The notes under the pieces were generated by a model. The model saw only the letters and a list, made by a program, of their open reading frames with translations, made no database searches and was not told where the DNA came from. From positions 4,158 through 68,157 of the IMG/VR virus record IMGVR_UViG_3300036859_000312: DNA of 64,000 nucleotides; one strand, 5' to 3'. The translations under genes and the position numbers were made by a program. Positions 27,802-38,721 of this stretch are shown here, piece by piece. How positions within the stretch are numbered: the stretch's first letter is position 1; every line of letters starts with the position of its first letter. This stretch comes from a virus.

Positions 27802-30321
27802 TGTTGTTCGATGGTGGGCCCGGGATCCTGTGTTCTGTGTGTCGGCAGGCCAAGCCCCGTCACGCCTACGGCTTCCGTGAGCGTCCCGGTGGTCTGCCGC
27901 CGCTGCACTTCGAGGCTGACTGTGGGCAACCCGTCTGCGACGACTGCAAGGAAACCCGACCTGATCCGTGACCGCGGTAACATGCCGGGTGCGTTCTCAC
28001 CCCATGGAGGATCTATGAAGGACGACCCCACTCTCCCCAAGCCCCGGTCGGCTGCTCAGATCAAGTGGGCTCAGATGCCCGGTCAGGCCCGGTACACGTT
28101 GGTTGTCGTGCTCGGGTCCGCGGGCGTGGTGCTGGTGTCCGGCGCGTTGGCGGTGTCGGCCCGCCTGCTCGAATGGGGAGGGCTGATCGGTGGCTGAGCC
28201 CGCCAACGCTGAGCCTGTAAGGGACCCCGCTGAGATCCGCATCATCGTCCGTTCCTGGGTCGTCTTTGTGGCCGCGTTAGTGACCATGTTCGGGCTGGCC
28301 ATAGCGGGCACGATCGCGGCGGGAATCGGGTTCTATCAGCTGCTGCACAGCCAAGCCCCCAACCCGCTGACCTTCATGGCGCCCATTGTCTGTGGGGTGT
28401 TGGTGATCGTGGTTGCTCGGAGCGCTGAGGACACGATCGCCCGGTACGAACGCCGGTTAAGGCGCCGGTCGTGAACCGGTTCTCTGCTCTCGCTAGGTGG
28501 TTCGCTGAGGCTGGCCGGGATGTCGTTGCGGTCGCTGGAATGGTGCCCGCTGGTCTGGCTGGCGCACACGCTGCGATACGGGCGAAGACCGACGAGGAAG
28601 ACGCCTGGCTCCGCCTTCAGGCCGTGTGCTCGCCCGAGACGTTCGGGGATTTTCTGTACGTTGCTGAGGAACGAGCCCGGTCGATCGAGCGCAGTTGGGC
28701 TACCGGGATCCATTGTCCCCGAAGACTGGACGATGGGTTCGCCTATGAGACCCCGTTGGCGGCCGCGTACCGTTCCGTTACCCAGGACATCATGTGGACG
28801 GGGCGCGAGATGCCGTCGCTCGGAGAATCGCAACGCTGATGCCCCTGACCCTCAGGAAACTGCTGTGCCGGATCCTGGGTCACAAAGGACAGCTCATAGA
28901 CATGCGCCCGGACCCTGGGCTAACTGTGATCAACAGCGCTGGCCTCGATGTCGCTGTGCCGCTTGAGTGGTGGCGTTGCACCCGTTGCCCACACCGTTGG
29001 GAACACACCAGATCGTTCGTCTACATGCCCTAGAAGGAGAACCCCACCAATGACCCCCACCCTCACCCCTGTACCGGCGGCGTCCGCTGACGGCAAGCTG
29101 ATCTACCCGGATGAGGCCGAACGCGGCGAATACGTCATCGTGGCCACTTCCGACCTGAGAATCTGGCTAACCAACCGGCACGTCGACGGGCCTGACATTC
29201 AGGAATGGCTGAAGGCGCACGACTTCTTCCCTGACTACAGAGCAGTCCGTCGTACCGAGCCGTCCGATGCAGCCGATGTGTTCACCACTGAGCTGGGCGA
29301 TTCCGAACTCGACGCCCTGGTCGCTGTCTCCTACTTGCTCAGCAACCTGCCGTCCGATGCCCGGGCCCGTGTCGCCGGCTACGCGCATCAACGGTGGGGA
29401 GGCGTAGGAACTCTTTACATTCCGTCTGTGGTGAGCAATGAACTTCCCGGCAGCTGACACCCGGTGCGGGTTCTGTGGCCATCCGTTCATCGCTCACCCG
29501 GCGGCGGCTTCGGTCATCGCCCCGACGCTTTCCGAGCAGCCAGGCATCATGTGGCCGTGTGGGACTGAAGGCTGCGACTGCGATGACTTCGCTATGCCGG
29601 GCTCGGTCCTGGAGCTGGGCGAGATCAGCAACAATTGACGTAACCGGCGCTATGTGGCCCGAGCTGCGAAACTGACAGTCATGCAGACCCCCACCCCCAA
29701 TGCAGATGTTCTGCTAAGCGAGCCTGGCTACGACTACACGACCACTGTCGATGTGCCCCTGGAATGGACTTGTGTTTGCCAGGTGTGCGGGAGCCGTGTC
29801 CTGACCATTGTTCAGTACTGGGCGGAGCCGAACGAGAATTCGCTGCGGGACATCGAGACCGATCCTCCGTTCTGTGTCGCCAGCACGGCTACCGGATTCA
29901 ACGGGGCCCGTCTAGAGCCATGCGGCCACTACGTGCGCCAGTACATGGTTTCTACTGGTAAACCCGACGACGATCCTGCCCCGGCCCTCCCACAGGCGGA
30001 GCACGCCTGGCGCTGTTCATGTGGGCACCTGAACGAAGGCAAGTTCGGGCGGAGCGGCTGTAACGACGGGGACTACTACAGCATCTGTGACGGCTGCGGA
30101 TACGAGTGCATAGAGCGTCGTGGCCAGGTGACCGGCCGCTATCTGCTGATCCCGATCAGCGAACCGTGGAAGGCCCCATTCGATGTGGCCTGAACCGTAT
30201 GACCCTGTGCCCCTGTGGCAGCCCCGCTGTTCCCGTTGCGGCGATCTCTGCTGGATCGCCCAACCCCATGCCCCTCGAATCACAATGCCGTGCCCCGATT
30301 GTCAGCCTGGTGCCGCCATGA
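27801..30321 (+). other. Small ORFs (27801-27971, 28015-28197, 28190-28474, 28471-28839, 28839-29033, 29050-29457, 29438-29638, 29681-30193, 30199-30321)
   Basis: Coupled ORFs; two membrane proteins and several Zn-finger-like proteins. Confidence 0.6.
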
Positions 30322-30351
30322 TCGCAGCGAAGCGCGGGCACCGCAGGTGAT

Positions 30352-31785
30352 GTGGCCCAGTCCTTAGCCGAAGCTCTGGCGGTCCTACCGCAGGAACAAC
30401 AGGACTCGTTCTACGCGGACCTGACCGAGGCCGAAGCTCGGGCCCTGCTCGTCGACTGGCAGTTCTGGGGTCGGCCCGAGCAGCACCCGCCGGACTGGTT
30501 GTGGCGCTGGTGGATGATCGTCACGGGCCGCGGGTGGGGCAAGAACCGCACCGCGGCTGAATGGGTCATCACCCGCTGCGAGCTGTTCGCTAGGGCCGGT
30601 ATCCCGCATCTGGTCGGGCTGATCGGCCAGAACAACGACGACGTCAAGGGTCTCCAGATTGGCGGTGTGTCCGGTCTCCGTGAGGTGGTCCGCCGCCGCG
30701 GGCACCGCTGGGTTGGTGCCATTGGGACTCTGACACCGAAGGTGCAGATCCTGCGGGATGACAGCACGTGGCACACGACAGAGTTCGAGGTGCATACCGC
30801 CGAGCAGCCCGAAGGCCCCCGAGGCCGGAACTTCCACACCCTGTGGATAGATGAGCTGGCCGCCTACAAACACAAGACCGACGCTGTTGGCAACACCGTG
30901 TTCACGAACGCTGAGCTGGCGTTGCGTGGCACATGTCCGGACGGGGAGATACCGCGGGCTGTTGTCACGACCACCCCTAAACCGATCCCGGTGGTGCGTG
31001 ACCTGCTCGCGAAGAAACACGGCCCGACGCACATCACCCGCGGGTCGATGTTCGATAACCGCTCGAACCTGCCACCGGAGTTCATCGCCGCGATTGTGGG
31101 CCGTTACGCCGGCACCCGTTTGGCCGCCCAGGAGATCGATGGCGCCATTATCGATTCAGTCGAGGGCGCCTTGTGGAACGCCGAGATTATCCACAGGTGG
31201 CGTGTCACAGCCGATCGGGTGCCGGCCCTATCGAAAGTCGTCATCGCGGTCGACCCGTCAGGTTCCGACGACGGCGACGAATGCGGCATCGTCGTGGCCG
31301 GCCTCGGGCAAGAACTAGACCAGCGTGGCCTGCAACACGTCTACGTTCTCGATGACCTGTCGATGCAGAACCGGCCTGAGCTGTGGGCCCAGGCCGTGAC
31401 CGGCGCCTACTACGACTGGGTCAGCCGCACCGGCCCGGAAACATCGGTGGTGGCTGTCGCTGAAGTGAACTTTGGTGCCGCTCTGGTGCGGGACGTCATC
31501 AAGCTGACAGACCGTCTGGTGCCGTTCGAAGAGGTGCGGGCCTCGCGGGGTAAACGTGTCCGGGCCGAACCGGTAGCGACCATGTACGACGCCGGCCAGG
31601 GTCGCATTCATCATGTCGGTGTGTTCCCACAGCTCGAAGAACAGCAATGCTATTGGACGCCGCTCGACCCGACGTCACCGGACCGTATGGATGCCCTGGT
31701 GTGGGCTGCGTCGTATCTGATCCCGGACTTGACGATCCCACCGGCCGATTACGCCAAGGGTTGGGCCGCTCGGCGTGCCGCCTGA
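30352..31785 (+). CDS. terL: Terminase large subunit
   Basis: GRGWGKNRT, WIDELAA, VTTTP, QEIDG, IAVDPS, SPDRMDA. Confidence 0.93.
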   Translation: MAQSLAEALAVLPQEQQDSFYADLTEAEARALLVDWQFWGRPEQHPPDWLWRWWMIVTGRGWGKNRTAAEWVITRCELFARAGIPHLVGLIGQNNDDVKGLQIGGVSGLREVVRRRGHRWVGAIGTLTPKVQILRDDSTWHTTEFEVHTAEQPEGPRGRNFHTLWIDELAAYKHKTDAVGNTVFTNAELALRGTCPDGEIPRAVVTTTPKPIPVVRDLLAKKHGPTHITRGSMFDNRSNLPPEFIAAIVGRYAGTRLAAQEIDGAIIDSVEGALWNAEIIHRWRVTADRVPALSKVVIAVDPSGSDDGDECGIVVAGLGQELDQRGLQHVYVLDDLSMQNRPELWAQAVTGAYYDWVSRTGPETSVVAVAEVNFGAALVRDVIKLTDRLVPFEEVRASRGKRVRAEPVATMYDAGQGRIHHVGVFPQLEEQQCYWTPLDPTSPDRMDALVWAASYLIPDLTIPPADYAKGWAARRAA

Positions 31786-31834
31786 ACTGGCCGCCAAACC
31801 CCATCCGAACAGGATCGGCGTCTATGCTCCCGAT

Positions 31835-32128
31835 GTGGTCGAGCTGCTCATAGCACTGACATCCTGGAGAATCACCCGGCTGCTAGTGCAAGATCAGTTC
31901 CCGCCGATAGCTGTGCAACGGGCACGGGTAGCGGCCCGGTGGGGTGACAATTCGTGGCAGGCGTACCTGTCGCAATGTCCGTGGTGTGCGGGCGTGTACG
32001 TGTCAGCGTCGGTGACGGCATGGACATGGGCGATCGTCGGTCTGCGGGTACCGCTGCTGGTATGGGGCGCCGCGGCAGCAGTCACAGGGCTGTTGTCCAG
32101 TATCGATGCGGCGCTGGACAAGGACTAG
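31835..32128 (+). CDS. DUF1360-like membrane protein
   Basis: RITRLLVQD...LSQCPWCAGVY; leaderless GTG after TATGCT. Confidence 0.75.
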   Translation: MVELLIALTSWRITRLLVQDQFPPIAVQRARVAARWGDNSWQAYLSQCPWCAGVYVSASVTAWTWAIVGLRVPLLVWGAAAAVTGLLSSIDAALDKD

Positions 32129-32134
32129 CCGACT

Positions 32135-34045
32135 GTGGGCGACCGGCTCCCTCGACCAGTCAAGGCCACCACAGCTGCCGCGAAGGTCCTACAGGCAACA
32201 ATCCATGACGCGCCCCGACCCGAGTCCTGGCATGACGAAGCGTGGGCGTTCCGGGACACGACCGGCGAGTTGGCTTACGCGGAGCTGTGGCTGGCGAACA
32301 GCCTGTCCCGTGTCCGGCTGATAGCCGCCCAACGGCCCGAACCGGGCGCCGAACCGGAGCCGGTCACGTCCGGCCCTGCCGCCGAATTGGTGGCTGCGCT
32401 GGCGGGTGGTCCTGGCGGCCAGTCGAGCCTGTTGCGGTCGTTCGCTCCCCAGCTATTGACGCCGGGAGTCGGCTACCTGGTCGGGGAACCGACCATGAAC
32501 GGCGCTGACGAATGGGGTGTCTATTCGGCCGATCAGATACGGCTGAGCACACGTGGCAGCCCGGACGGCCTACGCACCTACGATCTGATGGAGGGCCCCA
32601 ACGCGCAGGACTGGCGGCAGCTACCCCCGGGCGCGTTGCCGGTCAAGGTGTGGCGTCCTCACCCGCGGTTCAGTTGGCTGCCGGATTCTCCGGTGCGGGC
32701 GGCGCTGCCGATCCTGCGGGAACTGGCGCTGCTGTCGATGCATGTCGCTGCGTCAGCGACGTCGCGTCTGGCCGGTGCGGGCATTCTGGCGATGGATTCG
32801 AGCATCCAGTTCCCGGACGGCTGGGAAAAGTGGGTCGAGGAGTTCCTGGAGACCGTGAACCGGCCGATCAAGGATCGGGCCTCGGCGGCGGCACATACTC
32901 CATTCCCGTTACGGATCCCGGTCGCTAAGGGCGAGAAGGTCACTGACAAGCTCGCTCATCTGATGTTCAGCACGCCGTTCGATGAGCAGTCGATGAAGCT
33001 GCGTGATGAGGCAATCGACCGGTTGGCGACCACTTTGGATATGCCCAAGCGGGCCCTGAAAGGTGAACAGGAAAACCATTGGGGCAAGTGGGCCACTACT
33101 GAAGAAGGCATCACGCTGCATGTCGAACCGAACATGGAGCTTGTCGCTGAGGGCCTGACCCGTGGCTATTTGGATCCGGCGATGTCGCTTGTGCAGGGCC
33201 GTCGTGACGGCGAGTTGTTCACCCGAGGGAACGAGCGACGGCGGCTCGGGCTGCGGGATGTGTCGGCTCCGCCGGGCGATTTCATTGTCTGGTACGACAC
33301 GTCGAATCTCGCGACCCGCCCGGACAAGTCGACTGACGCCCGTGAGGCGTACGACCGGTGGGAGGCGTCTGGCGACGATCTACGCGACGAGGCTGGTATC
33401 TCTGACGCGAGACCTCCTGAGGGCGCCGAGTTCGAGCGGCGTGCCTATATCCAGTTGTTGACGTCGACCGATCCGGAGATTCAGCGGCTGGCGATCACGA
33501 AGCTCGGTCTCGCCGATGAAGATGAGATCCCTGCCCGCTCGCCGGTCGTGCAGGCCCTTCCCGGACCGAGCGAACCCGAACCTGAGCAGGAACGTGAGCA
33601 GGAACCGCCGCCCCGGGCGTTGCCGTCGACTCGTGAGGAACCGGCCCCGAGTGAGGAACCGCAGGTTGCCAGCGTGGCGCCAGCGGTGGCGGTTGTCGCC
33701 GCGTGTGACGGGCTGGTGTTCCGTGCTCTAGAGAAGGCCGGTAACCGGCTACGGCAGGCGCACCGTCGGCAACTGAACGGCGCGACGGACTGCACAGCTG
33801 TGCTGATGCACACCTGCCTGAACGCCACCAGCATCCGCACCATGGACCAGCTGTTGGATGGCGCCTGGGATCGTGTCCCCGAGATAGCGGGGATGCTCGG
33901 CGAACCGGTCGATGAGCTATGTGCCGTGCTCGATAGCTACACCAGGATCTTGATTCGTACGGCTCAGCCGCATAGCTGGGATCGCCTGGCGTGCGCGTTG
34001 GGTTGTGACGCCGAGCTGCCTTGCCCCGAGGCGGTACCGGCATGA
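32135..34045 (+). CDS. Portal protein
   Basis: Follows terL; W..EAW...GEL.Y...W.ANSLSRVRL, WRPHPR..DSP, NHW motifs of actinophage portals. Confidence 0.88.
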   Translation: MGDRLPRPVKATTAAAKVLQATIHDAPRPESWHDEAWAFRDTTGELAYAELWLANSLSRVRLIAAQRPEPGAEPEPVTSGPAAELVAALAGGPGGQSSLLRSFAPQLLTPGVGYLVGEPTMNGADEWGVYSADQIRLSTRGSPDGLRTYDLMEGPNAQDWRQLPPGALPVKVWRPHPRFSWLPDSPVRAALPILRELALLSMHVAASATSRLAGAGILAMDSSIQFPDGWEKWVEEFLETVNRPIKDRASAAAHTPFPLRIPVAKGEKVTDKLAHLMFSTPFDEQSMKLRDEAIDRLATTLDMPKRALKGEQENHWGKWATTEEGITLHVEPNMELVAEGLTRGYLDPAMSLVQGRRDGELFTRGNERRRLGLRDVSAPPGDFIVWYDTSNLATRPDKSTDAREAYDRWEASGDDLRDEAGISDARPPEGAEFERRAYIQLLTSTDPEIQRLAITKLGLADEDEIPARSPVVQALPGPSEPEPEQEREQEPPPRALPSTREEPAPSEEPQVASVAPAVAVVAACDGLVFRALEKAGNRLRQAHRRQLNGATDCTAVLMHTCLNATSIRTMDQLLDGAWDRVPEIAGMLGEPVDELCAVLDSYTRILIRTAQPHSWDRLACALGCDAELPCPEAVPA

Positions 34046-37000
34046 CCCGTATCCGGCATCTGCTGGCCGTTCAGGCCCTTGAGGAAGAAGCAACCGACCG
34101 AGTTTTGGCGGCGTTGCGTGACGTGATGAAAGACGTCACTGACGTGATTAATCCGATCACAGCGGCCGCTGAGCCTCAGCCCTCGGCGGAGTCGTTTCTG
34201 TCGGCCGACGATCTGGCCCACATCCAGACCGGGTGGACGGCCGCTGTGGACGGCTCAGTGTTGCCCTGGTACCGCACGGTGTTCATCGCGGGGGCCGACG
34301 CTGCGACGGACCAGGTCGCGGCGATGCGTGAAATAGCGACCGAAATTATCGGTGACGGCGACCCGTTGCTGATCAATGAGGCAGCGACCCGCCATCTGGC
34401 GACGGCCAGGAACCGGTTCCTGTTGGTGGGGCAAGAGACCTGGGCTGCGGCCCGTAACGAGCTGCTGGCCGGGTTCGCTGAGGGGGAGGGGATCGACCCG
34501 ATCCGCCGCCGTTTGCAAGACGTCGTGGACCTGTCCAAGGCGCAAGCCATAGCAATAGCCCGTACCGAGGTCATCTCGGCGTCGAACGCTGGAGCTATCA
34601 CCCGGGTGCGGGCCATGGGTTCTGATGCCCCCAAGTTCAAGCAATGGCTGGCCACTAACGACGCCCGCACACGGCCAAGCCATCGGGCGGCCAATAACAC
34701 GGTGGTCCCTATCGACGCCAAGTTCGAGGTGGGCGACGCCCGGCTGGACTATCCGGGCGACCCGACCGGCCCTGACAGCGAGACGGTCAACTGTCGTTGC
34801 ACCCCGATCTTCGTGGACGATCCCGGCAGCGACTCCGCCGGTCTCGACTTGGCCGACGAAGTGGCCTCGATAGTCGCGGCAGCCCACTGGACCGATCACC
34901 TGGCAGATCCGTGGCAGCTCGGCGTCCAGCTGGAGCGTGGCGGCGTGAACTTCGGCATCGCCAAGGGCGGAGTGCGAATGCCGGTATCGCAAGAGATATT
35001 GCAGACGGACTGCTGGCAGTTCGATTCTCCTCACAGCGTCACGTCCGATATGGAAGCAACGCCGGCAGGGGTCGACTACATGAACGCCCTGGCTGATGCA
35101 GCCGCGGTGCAGATCGATTCGACCACGGGAGAGACGCATACCGGCACGATGATCGCTCTGGTGCCGACCGATCCCGAGTCGTTGGCGGTCGACGGTGGCG
35201 AACCGGCCGATCAACTGCATGTGACGCTGTGGTTCCTGGGTGAGGTCGAAGCGATCCCTGCGGAGCTACAGACAGCGATCCTGTCGAACATCGGCGACGT
35301 CGCGACTCGCCTTCCGCCTGTGGATGCCCAGGTGTTCGGTGCCGCGGTATGGAACCCGACCGGCGACGCGCCGTGCTGTGTCCTGAGCGTCGGCGGGTCC
35401 GGCCTCGACCGGATCCGTGACCTGACCCTGTTCGCGGTTGTAGAAGCCGACGCCGGTCAGACCGACGGGTGGTTGATGCCGGACCAACACACTCCGTGGG
35501 CCGCCCACATGTGCGTCGCCTACACCGACGACCCGCCAGCTGTGATGCCCGACGCCCTATTGACTGTGGGCCCGCTGATGCTGGACACGATCCGGGTGGC
35601 GTTCGGCGGCGAGACGCACGACATCCTGCTAACCGGCGATACCGGGGACTTTTCAGAGGCCGAAATGGGGACCGAAATCGCTTCGGCCCAGGTCACGGGC
35701 CCCGATCTTGAGGACAATCAGGAGGCTGATATGCCGTACGGAATCCGCCGAGGCGGCACCGACTGCCCCTTCGAGGTCTACAACAGCGACACAGACGAAC
35801 GGGCGCCGGGCGGCTGTCACGCGACCCGTCAGGAAGCGCTCGACCATCAGCAGGCATTGATGGTCAACGTGCCCGACGCCGCGGCTGCCGGTTACAGCGA
35901 AGGTGACTGCCCGCCTGGGCATCACATGATGCCGGACGGCGAGTGCATGCCGGACGGGGACATGGCTGTAACGGACGTGTTGCCGGCCCAGCCGGGTGAG
36001 CACTTCCATGCGATCATGCACACGCAGGGGCTGAGCACCGGATTCCGGACGTTCAACGATCTGTCATGGCGTGAACCGCCGTTCGCGTATCACTGGCAGC
36101 GGTCCAGCTCTGCGCATGGCGGCATGCCCGAGACGTTTCAGGTGGGGCTCGTGAACCGGGTGATGCCCGATCCGGACAATCCCGAGGTGTTGCATGCGTG
36201 GGGTGTCCTCGACCTGAACGGCGACCTGGGCGCTGAGTACGCCCGCATGTTGGTCGACGGGTTCGCCCGTTGGGTGTCGATCGGACTGGATGAACAGCCC
36301 ACCAGCGAAACGATCATCTGGCCTGAGGACAGCGACGGCAAAGAAGATGACTTCTCGAAGCTGTTCGATTCGCCGGATCAGGTCATCATCAACGGGGGCC
36401 GTATCGGTGAGCTGTGCGGCGTGTCGGTGCCGGCGCAGGACAACGCCACGGTGGAGCCAACCGCGGAGCTGGTTGATCTAGTGTCTCGGGGGCAGCCAGG
36501 TGAGACCGTCGTGGCGGCGGCTGTGGCTGATGTCCCCCCGGCCGCCGCTGCGATGACCCCCGACTCTGAGTCCACCGATCACCTGGAGGCCACCGTGGAC
36601 ACCGTTGCTGACATCGTGCAGGGCCTGACGGCCGCAGCGCACCGCATCGAGATCCCGCATGTGCCGCCCCGCTGGTGGTTCGACGAACCGACAGACGTCG
36701 ACATCGCAGGCGCCCTGTACGTCACCGATGAAGGCCGCATCTATGGAGCTTTGGCCCCGTTGGGTGTCAATCATCGGGCGTTCTCGCAGGCGGGTCGTCG
36801 GCAGGAGGTCCCGTTCGGGAACGTCGACTACGGCCGGTTCATGGGTGCTGTCGCGTTGACGCAGACCGGTCGCATTCCGGCGGGCCCAGTGACGATGGAC
36901 TGCGGGCACGCCAACAGGTTCCGTACCGATCACGACCAGGCGCCCGCCCATTACGACAACGCGTGCACGGTCGTCGCGAAGATCTGTGTTGGCGAGTCGA

Positions 37001-37383
37001 GAGAACGGGGCATCGTGTGGGCGGCCGGCGCTCTGGAACCCGCGGTGACAGTCGATCAGGTGTCACGCATGTTGGCATGCCGCCTGTCGGGGGATTGGCA
37101 GCCGCATTCGGATCGGGCGGGCTGGCAGGAACTGATCGCCGCGCTGCTCGTCCCTTCGCCCGGGTTCCCGATGGAACACGGCGGCGCTCGTGTCGACCTT
37201 GAGGAGGGCGTCCTGGTGGCCTCATCGGTGCCTGTGCGGGCTGTGGGGGCCAGTACCCGGCCGAGGCTACGTATCGACCGCAGAGCGGGCACAGTGGCCC
37301 GTGTAGTGCCGTTGACGGCCCGTGAACAGGTCGCCGCGATCGCGGATCGGGTTCGGGGTGAAGGCCACAAGGGCGGACACTGA
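34042..37383 (+). CDS. MuF minor head protein / 2H phosphoesterase / capsid maturation protease fusion
   Basis: IARTE, KQWLAT.D.RTRPSH, NCRC (MuF); HVT...HMC (2H); VSIGLD, LSGDW, PGFP (protease region). Confidence 0.8.
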   Translation: MTRIRHLLAVQALEEEATDRVLAALRDVMKDVTDVINPITAAAEPQPSAESFLSADDLAHIQTGWTAAVDGSVLPWYRTVFIAGADAATDQVAAMREIATEIIGDGDPLLINEAATRHLATARNRFLLVGQETWAAARNELLAGFAEGEGIDPIRRRLQDVVDLSKAQAIAIARTEVISASNAGAITRVRAMGSDAPKFKQWLATNDARTRPSHRAANNTVVPIDAKFEVGDARLDYPGDPTGPDSETVNCRCTPIFVDDPGSDSAGLDLADEVASIVAAAHWTDHLADPWQLGVQLERGGVNFGIAKGGVRMPVSQEILQTDCWQFDSPHSVTSDMEATPAGVDYMNALADAAAVQIDSTTGETHTGTMIALVPTDPESLAVDGGEPADQLHVTLWFLGEVEAIPAELQTAILSNIGDVATRLPPVDAQVFGAAVWNPTGDAPCCVLSVGGSGLDRIRDLTLFAVVEADAGQTDGWLMPDQHTPWAAHMCVAYTDDPPAVMPDALLTVGPLMLDTIRVAFGGETHDILLTGDTGDFSEAEMGTEIASAQVTGPDLEDNQEADMPYGIRRGGTDCPFEVYNSDTDERAPGGCHATRQEALDHQQALMVNVPDAAAAGYSEGDCPPGHHMMPDGECMPDGDMAVTDVLPAQPGEHFHAIMHTQGLSTGFRTFNDLSWREPPFAYHWQRSSSAHGGMPETFQVGLVNRVMPDPDNPEVLHAWGVLDLNGDLGAEYARMLVDGFARWVSIGLDEQPTSETIIWPEDSDGKEDDFSKLFDSPDQVIINGGRIGELCGVSVPAQDNATVEPTAELVDLVSRGQPGETVVAAAVADVPPAAAAMTPDSESTDHLEATVDTVADIVQGLTAAAHRIEIPHVPPRWWFDEPTDVDIAGALYVTDEGRIYGALAPLGVNHRAFSQAGRRQEVPFGNVDYGRFMGAVALTQTGRIPAGPVTMDCGHANRFRTDHDQAPAHYDNACTVVAKICVGESRERGIVWAAGALEPAVTVDQVSRMLACRLSGDWQPHSDRAGWQELIAALLVPSPGFPMEHGGARVDLEEGVLVASSVPVRAVGASTRPRLRIDRRAGTVARVVPLTAREQVAAIADRVRGEGHKGGH

Positions 37384-37595
37384 TGGGCTGCAACTGTGGT
37401 GGCCGTCAGGCGCCTGCTGTCCCGTTGACATCGGGCGACTTCGAGCAGGGCGCGACGGCCGGCATGCCCCGGTTCAAGGTGATCCGCGACGAGATCGATC
37501 CGGCCACGGGCGAGCCCATCGTCGACCTGTTCGAGACGCACCGGGCTGCACGGCTCGCCCAAACCGAAGGCGGCGGCAAGCTCCGCATCGTCTGA
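37383..37595 (+). CDS. Small MGCNCGG protein
   Basis: N-terminal GCNC motif seen after the protease gene in actinophages. Confidence 0.7.
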   Translation: MGCNCGGRQAPAVPLTSGDFEQGATAGMPRFKVIRDEIDPATGEPIVDLFETHRAARLAQTEGGGKLRIV

Positions 37596-37617
37596 TCTAC
37601 ATGGAAGGTAGGTAGCG

Positions 37618-38700
37618 GTGGGCTGCTGCGAGGGGACTCCCCCGACTTCACCCAACTTCGATCAGTTGCAGGATGTCCTGGCTCGGCAGGTGATTGAACA
37701 CAACTGGGCCCGTGACGGTTGGGCCGATTTCACACCGGTTGTGATCACAGCTGACGGCGCCCAGTCGTTCAGCACGATCGTGACGGGTGTGGGCGGCAAC
37801 ACGTCGGGTATCGGCGCGGCGGTCAGCACGATCCCGGGTAACGCCAGTCTGCGAATCGCCTACCTGCGCAACGGCACTAACTGGCGTGACGGCGAGGTCC
37901 GATCAACGATCTGGGGGCCGCTGACACCCTGGAACGGCACCAACGCCCAACAGGGCCATCTGCATCGTGTCCGCAAGATCAACGCCACCACCTACGAAGG
38001 CATCGCCCTTTGGACGTCGATCGTGTTCGGCGGGGACTACTCGTTCCTGCATGTGGCGTCGGTCCAGTTCGATGGCACGACCCTCAATTTCAACGGCGCC
38101 GCTGGCGGCCTGTTCGATGCGTTGGACTCGGGGTGGATCCATCGAGGCGTCCGTGTCATGGGACACCGTCGGTTCAATTTCATTGACTGGATCAACGAAT
38201 ACACGATCGGCCAACCTCATTATGCCCGCTACTGGCTGCCCGGGACGCACATCGCGGTCACGTCACTGTCGGACGCGACGTTCAACGAGGCGGACATCGC
38301 GCTGAACACGTTCGACACGAATGGCAGCATCATCACCGTCAAGGAACCCACCACCTTGTCGGCTGTCTCATACGCGGTGGATGGCACCGGGGGTATCGCC
38401 CCAATCGGTGAAGATCTTCAGAAGAAGTGGTGTCCATTCACGATGGCTACCCGGGTGATCGGCGGCACGGCAGGATCGGTCACGGTCGAAGCGAAACGCT
38501 GGCGGCTAGGCGACCCAGAACCCGACTGGGGTGAGGCCCGAGTGCGACGTGGGCCGGTGCTATCGGGCGGGAGTATCTCGTCGGTGGCGCTCGGGCCCGG
38601 TCTGCACGGCCTATGGGGCGCCCATTTCAACGGCGGCTCGGCGGGCGGCTGGGGCGACCTCCAGTTTCGTTGCGTGACTGCGGGCGGCTGCGCCACCTGA
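37618..38700 (+). CDS. Hypothetical, possibly virion-associated beta-rich protein
   Basis: 360 aa, Gly/Thr/Trp-rich, within the head module. Confidence 0.6.
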   Translation: MGCCEGTPPTSPNFDQLQDVLARQVIEHNWARDGWADFTPVVITADGAQSFSTIVTGVGGNTSGIGAAVSTIPGNASLRIAYLRNGTNWRDGEVRSTIWGPLTPWNGTNAQQGHLHRVRKINATTYEGIALWTSIVFGGDYSFLHVASVQFDGTTLNFNGAAGGLFDALDSGWIHRGVRVMGHRRFNFIDWINEYTIGQPHYARYWLPGTHIAVTSLSDATFNEADIALNTFDTNGSIITVKEPTTLSAVSYAVDGTGGIAPIGEDLQKKWCPFTMATRVIGGTAGSVTVEAKRWRLGDPEPDWGEARVRRGPVLSGGSISSVALGPGLHGLWGAHFNGGSAGGWGDLQFRCVTAGGCAT

Positions 38701-38721
38701 CAGCCGGGTAACGTCTCCTCT

